In this document: positions 38,695-49,229 of the stretch, in pieces | Layout: the number at the start of each line of letters is the position of its first letter | Numbering within the stretch: the first letter of the stretch is position 1 | NCBI GenBank assembly: GCA_963669175.1 | Contig: OY769902.1 | Location: 1,472,001-1,536,000, forward strand | Reading direction: 5' to 3' | Length of the DNA: 64,000 nucleotides | Source of the DNA: a bacterium | GTDB lineage: Bacteria; Electryoneota; Electryoneia; Electryoneales; Electryoneaceae | Made by a program: the position numbers and the translations under genes | Notes under the pieces: generated by a model | What the model was told of the DNA's origin: nothing | The model's input: the letters and a program-made list of their open reading frames with translations, nothing else | The model's database searches: none

Positions 38695-40401
38695 ATGGCA
38701 GATGAACAGCAGCAGAACCCCATACAGTTCAGTGAGAATCCCCAGGTCCACCGTCTGATCAAGGGTATCGTTGAGGATTTGAAGGATTTTACTGAATCCC
38801 AGGCAGCCCATCTGAACGAATTAGCCCAGATTGGTCGTGCGTTGAGCGCACAACGTGACCCGGATGTCATCCTGGAAATGATTGTGCAACAGGCGCGCCG
38901 GTTCACGCACGCGGATGGCGGCACTGTTTACCTGATGACCGATGACGAGAAGGAACTGGCCTTTCATGTTGTCCAGACTGAATCTCTGAACATCGCCATG
39001 GGTGGCATGAGCGGGAACCCGGTCACCATACCCAATGTTCAGCTTTGTTGTACGGATGGCAGCTCCAATCATGCCAATGTTTCAGCCTATGTTGCGACTA
39101 CAGGCGAAGTGGTCAATATTCCCGATGTGTATGAAGCGGAAGGTTTTAATTTCGAAGGCACCAAGAAGTTTGACGCCGCCCTGAACTATCGCAGCATGTC
39201 CATGCTGGTTATGCCGTTACGTGACCACGAAGACGAAATCATCGGTGTGCTGCAACTCATCAACGCCCGTGACAAGTCCGGTAAGACAATCCCTTTCAGC
39301 ACGGAACTTGTCGATATGACGCTGGCGTTAGCCAGCCAGGCCGCTGTGGTGATCACGCAGCACCGGTTGATCAGCGACCTGAAAAACTTGTTCGAAAGTT
39401 TTATCAAGGCGATTGCTGCAGCGATTGAAGAAAAGTCGAAATACACCGGTGGTCATATCCAGCGTGTCGCTGAACTGACCATGCGCATCGCCGAGCAGAT
39501 CAATGGACAGACTGAAGGGCCATTCGCGGATGTTCAGTTTAATGCGGATGAGATGGACGAACTCAGGATCGCGGCCTGGATGCACGATACCGGAAAAATC
39601 ACTACGCCTGAATATGTTGTGGACAAATGCAACAAACTGGAAACGATTTTTGACCGGATTGATCTTGTCGGCACACGTTGGCAGGCAATTAAACTGCACC
39701 GTGAACTCGAGGCAGAAAAAGAGAAAGTCCGCATTCTTACCGAAGGGAAATCGGACGAACGTCTCAAGGAAATCGAAGAATCCTGCAAGGCGGATCTGGA
39801 GCAACTCGATGACGACCTGAAGTTCCTGCGTTCGAGTAACACCGGCGGGGAATTTATGGCGGATGACAAGATCGAACGCTTGCAGAACCTGGCGAAACAG
39901 ACGTACGGATCCAACGGTGATCAACACCGTTTCCTGAGCGACGAAGAACTTTACAATCTCTCAATTCGCAAGGGAACGCTGAACAACGAAGAACGCCAGA
40001 AGATGAATGACCATGCCACCATGACCATCAAGATTCTCAATCAGCTTCCCTGGCCCAAGAAGTTGCGAAATGTTCCCCAGATCGCCGGAGCGCACCACGA
40101 GAAACTGGATGGCACCGGTTATCCCAGCGGCCTCAAGGGCGACGAGATCGGCCTGGGCGCACGCATCATGGCGGTCGCGGACATTTTCGAAGCGCTTTCC
40201 GCCTCGGACCGTCCCTACAAAAAACCGATGCCGCTTTCCCAGACAATCAAGATTCTCGGATTCATGGTTAAGGATCAGCATATAGACGGACGTATCGTGG
40301 ATATGTTTGTCAATGACGGACTGCATCTTGAATATGCGAAGGAGAATCTCAAGCCGGAACAGATCGATATTGACCTGGAATCTGGCGAGAAGAAGGATTA
40401 G
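38695..40401 (+). CDS. GAF + HD-GYP cyclic-dinucleotide phosphodiesterase
   Basis: YTGGHIQRV, MHDTGK, HHEKLDGTGYP, VADIFEAL..DRPYK. Confidence 0.93.
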   Translation: MADEQQQNPIQFSENPQVHRLIKGIVEDLKDFTESQAAHLNELAQIGRALSAQRDPDVILEMIVQQARRFTHADGGTVYLMTDDEKELAFHVVQTESLNIAMGGMSGNPVTIPNVQLCCTDGSSNHANVSAYVATTGEVVNIPDVYEAEGFNFEGTKKFDAALNYRSMSMLVMPLRDHEDEIIGVLQLINARDKSGKTIPFSTELVDMTLALASQAAVVITQHRLISDLKNLFESFIKAIAAAIEEKSKYTGGHIQRVAELTMRIAEQINGQTEGPFADVQFNADEMDELRIAAWMHDTGKITTPEYVVDKCNKLETIFDRIDLVGTRWQAIKLHRELEAEKEKVRILTEGKSDERLKEIEESCKADLEQLDDDLKFLRSSNTGGEFMADDKIERLQNLAKQTYGSNGDQHRFLSDEELYNLSIRKGTLNNEERQKMNDHATMTIKILNQLPWPKKLRNVPQIAGAHHEKLDGTGYPSGLKGDEIGLGARIMAVADIFEALSASDRPYKKPMPLSQTIKILGFMVKDQHIDGRIVDMFVNDGLHLEYAKENLKPEQIDIDLESGEKKD

Positions 40402-40817
40402 TGGGTCGATTTTGTATTAGCCTCGCCGACTTGAAGCGCCAAGTCTTGCCGCAAGCCCATGTCATCCCCTCCCCGAATGTTGTAGTCGGGGATCAACCGG
40501 GGATCTCGAGATTCGATGGGAGTATACAATTGGTCCCGACGGCTTGAAGCACGCTGTAGCGAAGCGGAAGAGGCTGCCCGGCGGGGTTTATTCTACTTGA
40601 AGAGCGTCTCACCTTCTGTCGTTTTCCTCTTGAATCCCGACAGCAAGCAGTCGGGCCAAACGGCCTTGATAGTTATTCGCTAGTAACGCAAGGATAACGA
40701 GCAGGCAGCTCGTGTAGTCCGGATCGCCCTCGGTCTGGGGCAAAGCGACATCTTTCGAGAGTTACTGATAGCAAGGCAGCAAATCAGCAAAGTCGTCGAT
40801 CAGGCAGAAAACGCAAC

Positions 40818-41201
40818 TCAATCCTGTTTGGCTGCCAGGAAGGTGCGGAGGTTATGGGACAGGTTTTCCAGGCTGTAAGGCTTGAATATGACACCTATAA
40901 CGCCTGTAGGCAGGGGTTCTTCTTCCATCAGTTCGCCGGACACCACCGCGATTGGGCCATCATAGCCGGTAGCACGGATTTGCTCCAGCAGTTCATTCCC
41001 ATGCAGTTCGGGCATCATCCAATCGGTGAGCATCAGGTCAATTTCACTGCCATGTTCGTGGATTTCTATCAGGGCGGATTCTCCAGACTCTGCAAGGTGT
41101 ACCGTGTACCCCAGTTTGCGCAACATACTGCCGGCTACTTTCAGTACAGCTTCTTCATCGTCGACAAGAAGGATTGTTTCTGTGCCACGAGCAATGGCCA
41201 T
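40818..41201 (-). CDS. Single-domain response regulator
   Basis: ETILLVDDE, LTDWMMP, KPY. Confidence 0.9.
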   Translation of the reverse strand: MAIARGTETILLVDDEEAVLKVAGSMLRKLGYTVHLAESGESALIEIHEHGSEIDLMLTDWMMPELHGNELLEQIRATGYDGPIAVVSGELMEEEPLPTGVIGVIFKPYSLENLSHNLRTFLAAKQD

Positions 41202-41400
41202 TTTGGTACCTTATGGTCTTGTTCACACCCCCGCCGGCGGTTTTTGCATTCAGTTTATTATTCCCGTGCCAACTGGCGACATCCCTTACCCTACAATAAA
41301 ATGCGGAAAGGAACCCGTAAGCAAGAACTCCGTTAAAATAGCAATATTTTAGAAGAGTGGAGAGAATTCCTGCTTTCTCAAGGTAAAAGTTTGATTGTAT

Positions 41401-43731
41401 TTATTTTACGAGGATTGCTTTCCTCAACACCCGCTCCTCTCCGGCTTGGACCCTGACGATATAGACTCCGGAAGCCATGCGGTTCATGGGTAACATGAGC
41501 TGATGTCTGCCACGTTCCAGCGAACGTCTGACCGGTTCCATCACACGCTGTCCGGTGATAGCAAAGACACTGATCTCCACATCACCCGCACGAGGCAATT
41601 CAACGCTCACGGTTGTGACCTGGTTAAACGGGTTCGGGTATAACTCAGCAACAAGATGCGAGGTCGGAAGCTCGGAGTTGCTTTCTTCGTTATCCGGGGT
41701 ATGCAGTTGATCATAATAGAACGCGCCGATGTCGGCGACTGTACCGTCCGAATCGAGTTCAGTCGCAGGATTTCCGGCGTCTATCAGCGGTGAACCTTCT
41801 TGCAGGTGAAAATCCCCGGCATCAGGATCGACGAAGAGGGGATCGATGTTGCTGAAAATGGTGTTTCCGGTTTCTATGTTTGCGCCAAAGGGATGCTCCG
41901 TATCAGGGAAATAACCGGAATAATCTATGACAGAAGCTGTTCCTGAGACAAGTGTGTCCTCAAACCCATAAAAGAAGCTGTTCAGGATTTCCGCCTGTTC
42001 CTCGCCATAATTGGTTACAGCCGTTCCTTCAGCGTCATTATTCACAAAGGTGCAACGGTCAAGCTGTCTGAACCTGTTGGTCAGTTTGCCTTCTACAAGG
42101 GTGCGTTTCATCAGCTCAAACCGGGTTGTGCCGTACTTGCAGACAATGGAATCCTGCACCGCAAGGCGGGAATCCCGTATCACTGAATTTCCCTGCAACG
42201 ACCAGTTACCTTCATCTGTGATCGCATTCAGGGTGAGATTTCCTGCCTGGATGTCCGCATGTTCGAGGACGTACGGCAAATCAAGAATGAAATTATCAGC
42301 AATGATGTTCAGTCCGGTCCAGGTTGAGTCTGCACGCAGAAACCGGAATGGACCGTAGGTGTATTCCCGGGTATTGCAGTCGAACACCATATTCGGCATC
42401 ATACTCACGGTTTGCCCGGCGCTTTCCACTTCAATAATGACAGGATTCTCCGGTGTGCCGTTGATGTACAACTCGCTGAAAGGAGAGAAGAGATTACCGG
42501 ATAGCAGATCAGTGAAATTGGCGATAATATGCGCCCCCGGCCCCAGCACCAATTCGTCTGCAACGGTGATTGGTTCAGTGATGACAACGGTGGTGTCTTC
42601 GAGATGGTTGAAATAGCTGCGTTCGGGTCTGAGTCCGTCGGTACGCGGGAACCCGGGGGGAGGCGCCCAGGCGAGACGTTGGTCATACTGGGCGTCCATT
42701 TTATACCCGGTGCCGTTACAATTGGAGGTATGCCAGTACCCGCGCTGACGTTGTGCCAGCGAGCCACGAAGGTAAATGTTGCCTCGTTCGTCGCGTTCAT
42801 CCGCGTGGGGACCGTCCGGATCACACCAGATATAGTCATCTTCGGGATTGTTCTGGTGCTCGAATGTAAAAGAACCGTTCGCTGCCATCAAAGCAGCCAT
42901 GATGATCACATGTGAACTGTCGTGGTTGCCATTTGCCCGGTATAATCCATTCCCGCGTCCATTGGCCCAGGTGTCGGCGATGATAATGTCGTTCTGCGCA
43001 ACAATGCCCAGTCTATTACAATGCTCTTCCGGAACGACCTGCGGAAAATTGTTCACAGTAAAAGGGGCATGCATAATATTGTCGAGGAGGTAAATATCGC
43101 CTGAAGAGGCCAGTGTGGTTTGCCCATTGAACACACCATGTCCATCATCTTCATCGCATCCCTGTATTTCCAGTCTGCCCTCGACAAACACGCATGTGTT
43201 GCTGCCGTACATAACTATCGTTCTATTCAACATATTGGCTGGGTCATAAGGTAAATCACTACTCCACTGCTCAAGAAAAAAACTTCCAGTTCTTGAAGTG
43301 AGACGTGATTGCCATGCGCCGCTGTTATTGGAGTAATATTGCCCCTGTTCCGAAGCTATTTCGCGCAGGTACTGCAGGCTGTCGGGGAAGTAGACGGAAT
43401 CCGCATCGAAAGTCAGCCCACTAACGAACTCACCGCCAACCGCGAAGGAAGGTTGCGCGCAGGTGACCGGGAGCAGAAAGGTGACTGAATCCGCACGAAA
43501 CACCGAATTGAAATGGAACGGGCCTATGAATCGTGTTTCGTTGACGTATTCCGGATGTGGCGTCCAACCCAGTGTATCCCCTTGAGGTGTGATCTCGGAA
43601 TTGGAGATGTAGAGGTAATTGCAGAAACGTGGCAAGGATTCAGCCTGGACACTTGTTGCCAGCAGTATCAAACAGGCGGTTGCCTGCATCACGATGAGGG
43701 GAAAGCGTTGCAGATCAGTTCGATTTCTCAT
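41401..43731 (-). CDS. Paralog 1: secreted PilX/ComZ-like domain + beta-helix + T9SS type-A sorting domain
   Basis: Signal peptide; WCDP..DERG..GSLAQRQRG..GTGY..YDQRL..PPP; DPLF..SPLIDAG..DIGAFY; YPNPFN..ASGVY..ILVK. Confidence 0.85.
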   Translation of the reverse strand: MRNRTDLQRFPLIVMQATACLILLATSVQAESLPRFCNYLYISNSEITPQGDTLGWTPHPEYVNETRFIGPFHFNSVFRADSVTFLLPVTCAQPSFAVGGEFVSGLTFDADSVYFPDSLQYLREIASEQGQYYSNNSGAWQSRLTSRTGSFFLEQWSSDLPYDPANMLNRTIVMYGSNTCVFVEGRLEIQGCDEDDGHGVFNGQTTLASSGDIYLLDNIMHAPFTVNNFPQVVPEEHCNRLGIVAQNDIIIADTWANGRGNGLYRANGNHDSSHVIIMAALMAANGSFTFEHQNNPEDDYIWCDPDGPHADERDERGNIYLRGSLAQRQRGYWHTSNCNGTGYKMDAQYDQRLAWAPPPGFPRTDGLRPERSYFNHLEDTTVVITEPITVADELVLGPGAHIIANFTDLLSGNLFSPFSELYINGTPENPVIIEVESAGQTVSMMPNMVFDCNTREYTYGPFRFLRADSTWTGLNIIADNFILDLPYVLEHADIQAGNLTLNAITDEGNWSLQGNSVIRDSRLAVQDSIVCKYGTTRFELMKRTLVEGKLTNRFRQLDRCTFVNNDAEGTAVTNYGEEQAEILNSFFYGFEDTLVSGTASVIDYSGYFPDTEHPFGANIETGNTIFSNIDPLFVDPDAGDFHLQEGSPLIDAGNPATELDSDGTVADIGAFYYDQLHTPDNEESNSELPTSHLVAELYPNPFNQVTTVSVELPRAGDVEISVFAITGQRVMEPVRRSLERGRHQLMLPMNRMASGVYIVRVQAGEERVLRKAILVK

Positions 43732-43810
43732 CTGTCAGTCTCCTGGTATAACCATAGTCACGTGTCGGGAAACACGATTCAACATCTCAATGCGGTAACT
43801 ATAAAAACTC

Positions 43811-44046
43811 GTTTCACGCAAAGACGCAAAGGCGCAAAGAAAAGATTAAAAACATTTTAAGATAAAATATAAACTAATCTATCCTTAATTATAAAAATAC
43901 AAATAATATATTATTATGATTATTATGATTAATATTTAGTTGTAAATTCTTATTGGCATTTTTAAATTGTTTTATAAAATTTATATATTATTCAAATTAT
44001 TTCTTTATCTTTTCTTTTATCTTTTCTTTGCGCCTTTGCGTGAAAC
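43811..44046. repeat. IR-bounded AT-rich element A (orientation 1)
   Basis: GTTTCACGCAAAGACGCAAAGGCGCAAAGAAAAG...CTTTTCTTTGCGCCTTTGCGTGAAAC. Confidence 0.9.
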
Positions 44047-44060
44047 ATGTAGTGAAATGT

Positions 44061-46535
44061 TTACTTCAACAGTAAAATTTTCCTGACATCCATCCCCTGT
44101 TGTCCTGAGGCACGCAGGAAATAGGTGCCTGATGCCAGCGAGGCGCCGTTAATGGTCATAGTCTGCATTCCCGCCAGCATGAGACCGTCATGGATAGCCG
44201 CAACCGAACGTCCCAGGATATCCACCAGCTCGACCCGGACAACACCGGAACGGGGCAGCGCAAGCGTAACCTCTGCCACCGGGTTGAACGGGTTGGGATA
44301 AACGCTTTCAATTCGGAAGGCGGTTGGAAGACTCTCGGTACTGGTCAGGTCATCCGGGACATCGGTGGGATCGCACCAATAGGCTCCGATATCGGCGATG
44401 GAACGGTCCGGGTCACGTGGGCTGTCAGGTGATCCCGCATCAATCAACGGGCTTCCGGGGAGCAGGTAATAGTTCATCGAATCGGGCTCAACGAACATCG
44501 GGTCGACATTCGCCAGGATATTTTCGCCCACTTCCATTGGGTTCCAGAAAGGATAACCGTTGGGGAACTGGTCGTAGGCGCAATAGTCCAGTTGTCCTCC
44601 GCTACCACGTACCAGCGCGGCCTCGTATCCCTGGAAAAAACAACTGCGGATAACAACATCACGGTTCAGATCATTGGTTATCGCACAACGTGCATTGCCT
44701 GGATCAATGAAGGTGCAACGGTCAATGGTGCTGAACTTGTTAAACAGAGAACCGATCACAAGGTTGGATGTGAAGTTGTCATATTCATTCTGTTCTGTTG
44801 AACAGAGTATTGTGTCAGCAATCAGGGTGGAGCGATTAATAGAGTGTGAACTACTCAGCCCCCTGAGCTCAATATGATTGGCAACAAATTCAGATTTGGT
44901 CAACCTGTCCGGAATATTGAGAGTGAGGCGGTTACCATAAATGTGTAAACCTGACCATTCACGATCGTCAGAGTAATCTTCATTAGCAGTACACACGATA
45001 GTATCTGCTATCAAGGTGGAATTAGATATAGAATACGGGCAGCTATCATACTCTTCACATAGTCCCCGCAACTCAATATGATTAGCTTCAAATCTTGCAT
45101 CGGTCAGCATTTCGGGCATATTGACAAGCAGGCGGTTGCCATAGATATGCAAACCAGACCATTCGTGGTTTCCAAAGTAGCTTTGCAACTCGCGCATTGG
45201 CAACCCTTCACTTGTATTGTATACAAGTGAACTTTGATATTCCCCTGCATCTGTGAAGTGAATACTAACGGGATTGTCCGCTTCACCTTCAACACGAAGA
45301 TCACCGTATCTGAACTGGAAAAGCGGTTTCCCGCCCAGGTCCGCATGGATGGTTGTGCCAGGGCCGAGTGTTAAACTCATAAATACTAGAATCGGTTGAG
45401 TGACATACACAGTAGTATCTTGCCATGTGGTACCTTCTCTATTCCAAATGACAATCTGGTCTTCTTCCGGGCTGATAGAGGGGATACCGTTCGGTGGGTA
45501 GACTGCCAACCTTTCATCATAATAGAAGTCCAGATTATAGCCAGTGCCGCCACAGTTGGAGTTGTGCAGTTGCCCACGCTGCTGTTGTGCCAATGAGCCA
45601 CGCAGGAAGATCGTGCCACGTTCGTCGGTCTGGTCAGGATGCGCGCCATTGGGATCACACCAGATATAGGCATCATCAGGATTGTTCTGGTTCTCAATGG
45701 TGAGTTGGCCCAACGTCACCAGGGCGGCAGTGATCACAACGTGTGCCCGGTCATGGGAACCGTTGCCCTCGTGGAATCCATTACCGCGACCATTGGCGCT
45801 CGTGTTTCCAATAAGGATATTCTGTTCGGAAAGCAATGCCAGTCGGCTGTAAGTAATATCAGGGATTACAAAGGGGAAGTTCTCGTTTGTATAGGGATCA
45901 ATGATGATGTCGTTCATCAATGTCATATTGCCACTGCACCCGATAGAAACCTGACCATTTATCGAAGGAGAATTGCGACGGGGAGATAAAACCTGAAGCT
46001 CACCTTCGACAAATATGCTCGTACCACTACCGCACCATATTGATTCGTGATTCACAAGGCTACATGAATCATAAGGCGCACCCATCTCCCATTGTTCAAG
46101 ATATGCTCGCGTACCTACTAATTTGATTCGTGTTTGCCAACTTCCACGATGGTTGGAATAAAACAGTCCACTCCAATCCGCAAGTTCACGTAGCGCATGC
46201 AGCGAATCAGAAAACGCGATTGAGTCAGCATTAAAAGTCAGGCCGCCCAGGTATTGGCCGCCCACATTGAAGCGTGGTTGGGCGCAGAAAACCGGGTCGG
46301 TGAAGATCGCGGCATCGGCTTTGAACACGGAATTGAAGTGGAAGGGGCCGTAGAAAGCGCTGCCGGTCCAGCCTAATGTATCGCCGTCAAGCGTGATCTC
46401 AGTGCCGGAGATGTAAGCGTAGTCGGTGAAACGTGTGTACTGTTGGGCGTGTACCGACGCAATAACGCCGGAAAGCAGGTACAGTACCAGTACGTTCAGG
46501 AACAGTCGTCTCCCGATCAAAGTAAGCTTCTTCAT
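44061..46535 (-). CDS. Paralog 2 (with internal ~68-aa duplication)
   Basis: Same architecture; EWSGLHIYGNRL..ANHIELRG occurs twice. Confidence 0.85.
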   Translation of the reverse strand: MKKLTLIGRRLFLNVLVLYLLSGVIASVHAQQYTRFTDYAYISGTEITLDGDTLGWTGSAFYGPFHFNSVFKADAAIFTDPVFCAQPRFNVGGQYLGGLTFNADSIAFSDSLHALRELADWSGLFYSNHRGSWQTRIKLVGTRAYLEQWEMGAPYDSCSLVNHESIWCGSGTSIFVEGELQVLSPRRNSPSINGQVSIGCSGNMTLMNDIIIDPYTNENFPFVIPDITYSRLALLSEQNILIGNTSANGRGNGFHEGNGSHDRAHVVITAALVTLGQLTIENQNNPDDAYIWCDPNGAHPDQTDERGTIFLRGSLAQQQRGQLHNSNCGGTGYNLDFYYDERLAVYPPNGIPSISPEEDQIVIWNREGTTWQDTTVYVTQPILVFMSLTLGPGTTIHADLGGKPLFQFRYGDLRVEGEADNPVSIHFTDAGEYQSSLVYNTSEGLPMRELQSYFGNHEWSGLHIYGNRLLVNMPEMLTDARFEANHIELRGLCEEYDSCPYSISNSTLIADTIVCTANEDYSDDREWSGLHIYGNRLTLNIPDRLTKSEFVANHIELRGLSSSHSINRSTLIADTILCSTEQNEYDNFTSNLVIGSLFNKFSTIDRCTFIDPGNARCAITNDLNRDVVIRSCFFQGYEAALVRGSGGQLDYCAYDQFPNGYPFWNPMEVGENILANVDPMFVEPDSMNYYLLPGSPLIDAGSPDSPRDPDRSIADIGAYWCDPTDVPDDLTSTESLPTAFRIESVYPNPFNPVAEVTLALPRSGVVRVELVDILGRSVAAIHDGLMLAGMQTMTINGASLASGTYFLRASGQQGMDVRKILLLK

Positions 46536-46549
46536 GGTTCTGTCTCCTG

Positions 46550-48823
46550 TTATTTCAGCAATACGATTTTTTGTGTCAGTGTTTCTCGCTCAAACCTCAC
46601 GCGCAGGAAATAGGTGCCTGATGCCAGCGAAGCGCCGTTAATGGTCATGGTCTGCATTCCCGCCAGCATGAGACCGTCATGGACAACTGCTACCGAACGT
46701 CCCAGGATATCCACCAGCTCGACCCTTACATCACCGGAACGGGGCAGCGCCAGCGAAACCTCAGTCACCGGGTTGAACGGGTTGGGATAAACGCTCGCAA
46801 TCCGGAACGCGGTTGGAAGACTCTCGGTTCTGGTTAGGTCATCCGGGACATCGGTGGGGTCGCACCAATAGGCTCCGATATCTGCGATGGAACGGTCCGG
46901 GTCACGTGGGCTGTCAGGTGATCCGGCATCGATCAACGGGCTTCCGGGGAGCAGGTAATAGTTCATGGAATCGGGCTCAACGAACATCGGGTCGACATTG
47001 GCCAGGATATTTTCGCCCACCTCCATCGGGTTCCAGAAAGGATAACCGTTGGGGAACTGGTCGTAGGCGCAGTAGTCCAGTTGTCCTCCGCTACCACGCA
47101 CCAGCGCAGCCTCATATCCCTGGAAAAAACAACTCCTGACAGTTACATAACGATCTTGGTCGTTGGTTATCGCACAACGAGCGTTTCCCGGATCAATAAA
47201 AGTGCAACGGTCAATGGTGCTGAACTTGTTGAACAGAGAACCGATCACGAGGTTGGATTCAAAGTCCACGAATCTATTTGTTTGTGTCGTACACAGAATC
47301 GTGTCAGCGATCAGGATCGAGTTGGTAATTGTGTGTTCCAAATCTTCTTCACTGACAGAGTTTAATTCGATATGATCAGCAACAAGTTTAGAGTCGGTCA
47401 GAGATATAGGAACATTGAAAAGAAGACGGTCTGCATATACATGTAAACCTGACCACTCGTTATCTGCATAATAATTCCATTCATCCCAGAATTGGATTTC
47501 GCCATTATTATATACTAGCGTACTAGGATGTTCACCTGAATCTGTGAATACTATTGTTACAGGATTTTCTGCTTCGCCATTAACAAAAAGGCGGTTCCAG
47601 AACTGGAAAAGTGGTCGCTCACCGAGGTTTGCATAGATAGTCGTTCCCGGGCCAAGTGTCAAAGGGGCGTACAAGTAAATAGGTTGTGTAACATGTATGG
47701 TCGTGTCTTGCCAAGTACATACATCCCGAATAACAATCTGTTCTTCTTCAGGGCCGATAATGGGGATGCCATTCGGTGGGTAAGTAGCCATTCTTTCATC
47801 ATAGTAGAAATCCAGATCGTAGCCAGTACCACCACAGTTTGAGTTGTGCAGTTTCCCACGCTGTCGTTGTGCCAGCGAGCCACGCAGGAAAATTGTTCCA
47901 CGTTCGTCAGTCACATCCGGATGTGGACCATTGGGATCGCACCAGATATAGGCATCATCCGGATTGTTCTGATCTTCGATGGTAAACTGACCAAGGGTTA
48001 TCAGGGAGGCAGTGATGACAATATGCGCTCGGTCATGGGAACCATTGCCCATGTGGAATCCGTTACCACGTCCGTTTGCATTGGTATTCCCTATAAGAAT
48101 ATCCCCCTCGGCCAATAGCGCCAATCGGCTGTATGTGTCTTCAGGGATAACATAGGGGAAATCCTCGTTGGTATACGGGTCAATAAGCACATCATCCATC
48201 AGCTTCATTTTGCCGCTGCAACCTATGGACATTTGACCATTAATCGGGACGGGATTATGCAAGCGCGAAGCGATTTGAAGATCACCTTCGATGAACACGC
48301 ACACATTGCTTCCATAAGAGATAGCCATATGATCCACCAGGCTTGTTGAATCATAAGGCGCTCCGGATTCCCATTGTTCAAACAAAAAGCATCCATTGTG
48401 TACGTTTATTCTTGATTGCCAGCGTCCACCATGATTGCTAAAATAATTGCCACTCATGCTTGCGATTTCACGTACCCGGTGAAGCGTATCGGGGAACGCG
48501 ATGGAGTCAGCATTAAAAGTCAGGCCGTTCAGGTATTGGCCGCCCACATTGAAGCGTGGTTGGGCGCAGAAAACCGGGTCGGTGAAGATGGCCGCATCGG
48601 CTTTGAACACGGAATTGAAGTGAAAAGGGCCGTAGAAAGCGCTGCCGGTCCAGTCCAGTGTGTCGCCGTTAAGAGTGATCTCCGTGCCGGAGATGTAGGC
48701 GTAGTCGGTGAAACGTGTGTACTGTTGGGCAAAAACGCTGGATGGTAGAGTGTAAAAAAGGAAAAATACCATCACGGACAGGATTAACTGCCTTGTAAGA
48801 CGATAGATAGCTGGATTTCTCAT
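46550..48823 (-). CDS. Paralog 3
   Basis: Same architecture; start MRNPA after GGGG; 14 nt upstream of paralog 2 (operon). Confidence 0.85.
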   Translation of the reverse strand: MRNPAIYRLTRQLILSVMVFFLFYTLPSSVFAQQYTRFTDYAYISGTEITLNGDTLDWTGSAFYGPFHFNSVFKADAAIFTDPVFCAQPRFNVGGQYLNGLTFNADSIAFPDTLHRVREIASMSGNYFSNHGGRWQSRINVHNGCFLFEQWESGAPYDSTSLVDHMAISYGSNVCVFIEGDLQIASRLHNPVPINGQMSIGCSGKMKLMDDVLIDPYTNEDFPYVIPEDTYSRLALLAEGDILIGNTNANGRGNGFHMGNGSHDRAHIVITASLITLGQFTIEDQNNPDDAYIWCDPNGPHPDVTDERGTIFLRGSLAQRQRGKLHNSNCGGTGYDLDFYYDERMATYPPNGIPIIGPEEEQIVIRDVCTWQDTTIHVTQPIYLYAPLTLGPGTTIYANLGERPLFQFWNRLFVNGEAENPVTIVFTDSGEHPSTLVYNNGEIQFWDEWNYYADNEWSGLHVYADRLLFNVPISLTDSKLVADHIELNSVSEEDLEHTITNSILIADTILCTTQTNRFVDFESNLVIGSLFNKFSTIDRCTFIDPGNARCAITNDQDRYVTVRSCFFQGYEAALVRGSGGQLDYCAYDQFPNGYPFWNPMEVGENILANVDPMFVEPDSMNYYLLPGSPLIDAGSPDSPRDPDRSIADIGAYWCDPTDVPDDLTRTESLPTAFRIASVYPNPFNPVTEVSLALPRSGDVRVELVDILGRSVAVVHDGLMLAGMQTMTINGASLASGTYFLRVRFERETLTQKIVLLK

Positions 48824-48971
48824 GTCGGCCCCCACGTGCAGAGTTGTATCTTCTTCATGAAACGGGGGATGCAATTCAAGAACTACAGGAAGGTGGCCTT
48901 TTTAGCGGGTGAATCTTTACTAAAGATACTCATATCAGCTCAAAGATACAAGAGGTAAAGACAAAAAACTC

Positions 48972-49215
48972 GTTTCACGCAAAGACGCAAAGGCGCAAAG
49001 AAAAGAAAAAGAAAAGAACTGATTTACTTATTTATTTATTACGTCTCTTTTTTTTATGTAAAAAATATTAATGTATTTGCAAAATATGATCTTATATAGC
49101 GATAAAAATTGAATAGTATATATAAAAAATGAATTATATAATTGTATTGGTTTTCTTTTTAACATTAAGATTTTGTTTTTTCTTTTCTTTGCGTCTTTGC
49201 GTCTTTGCGTGAAAC
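48972..49215. repeat. IR-bounded AT-rich element B (interior in orientation 2)
   Basis: Same outer flanks as A (AAAACTC|GTTTCAC...GTGAAAC|ATGTAGT); interior starts AAAGAACTGATTT like element C. Confidence 0.88.
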
Positions 49216-49229
49216 ATGTAGTCGAATCA

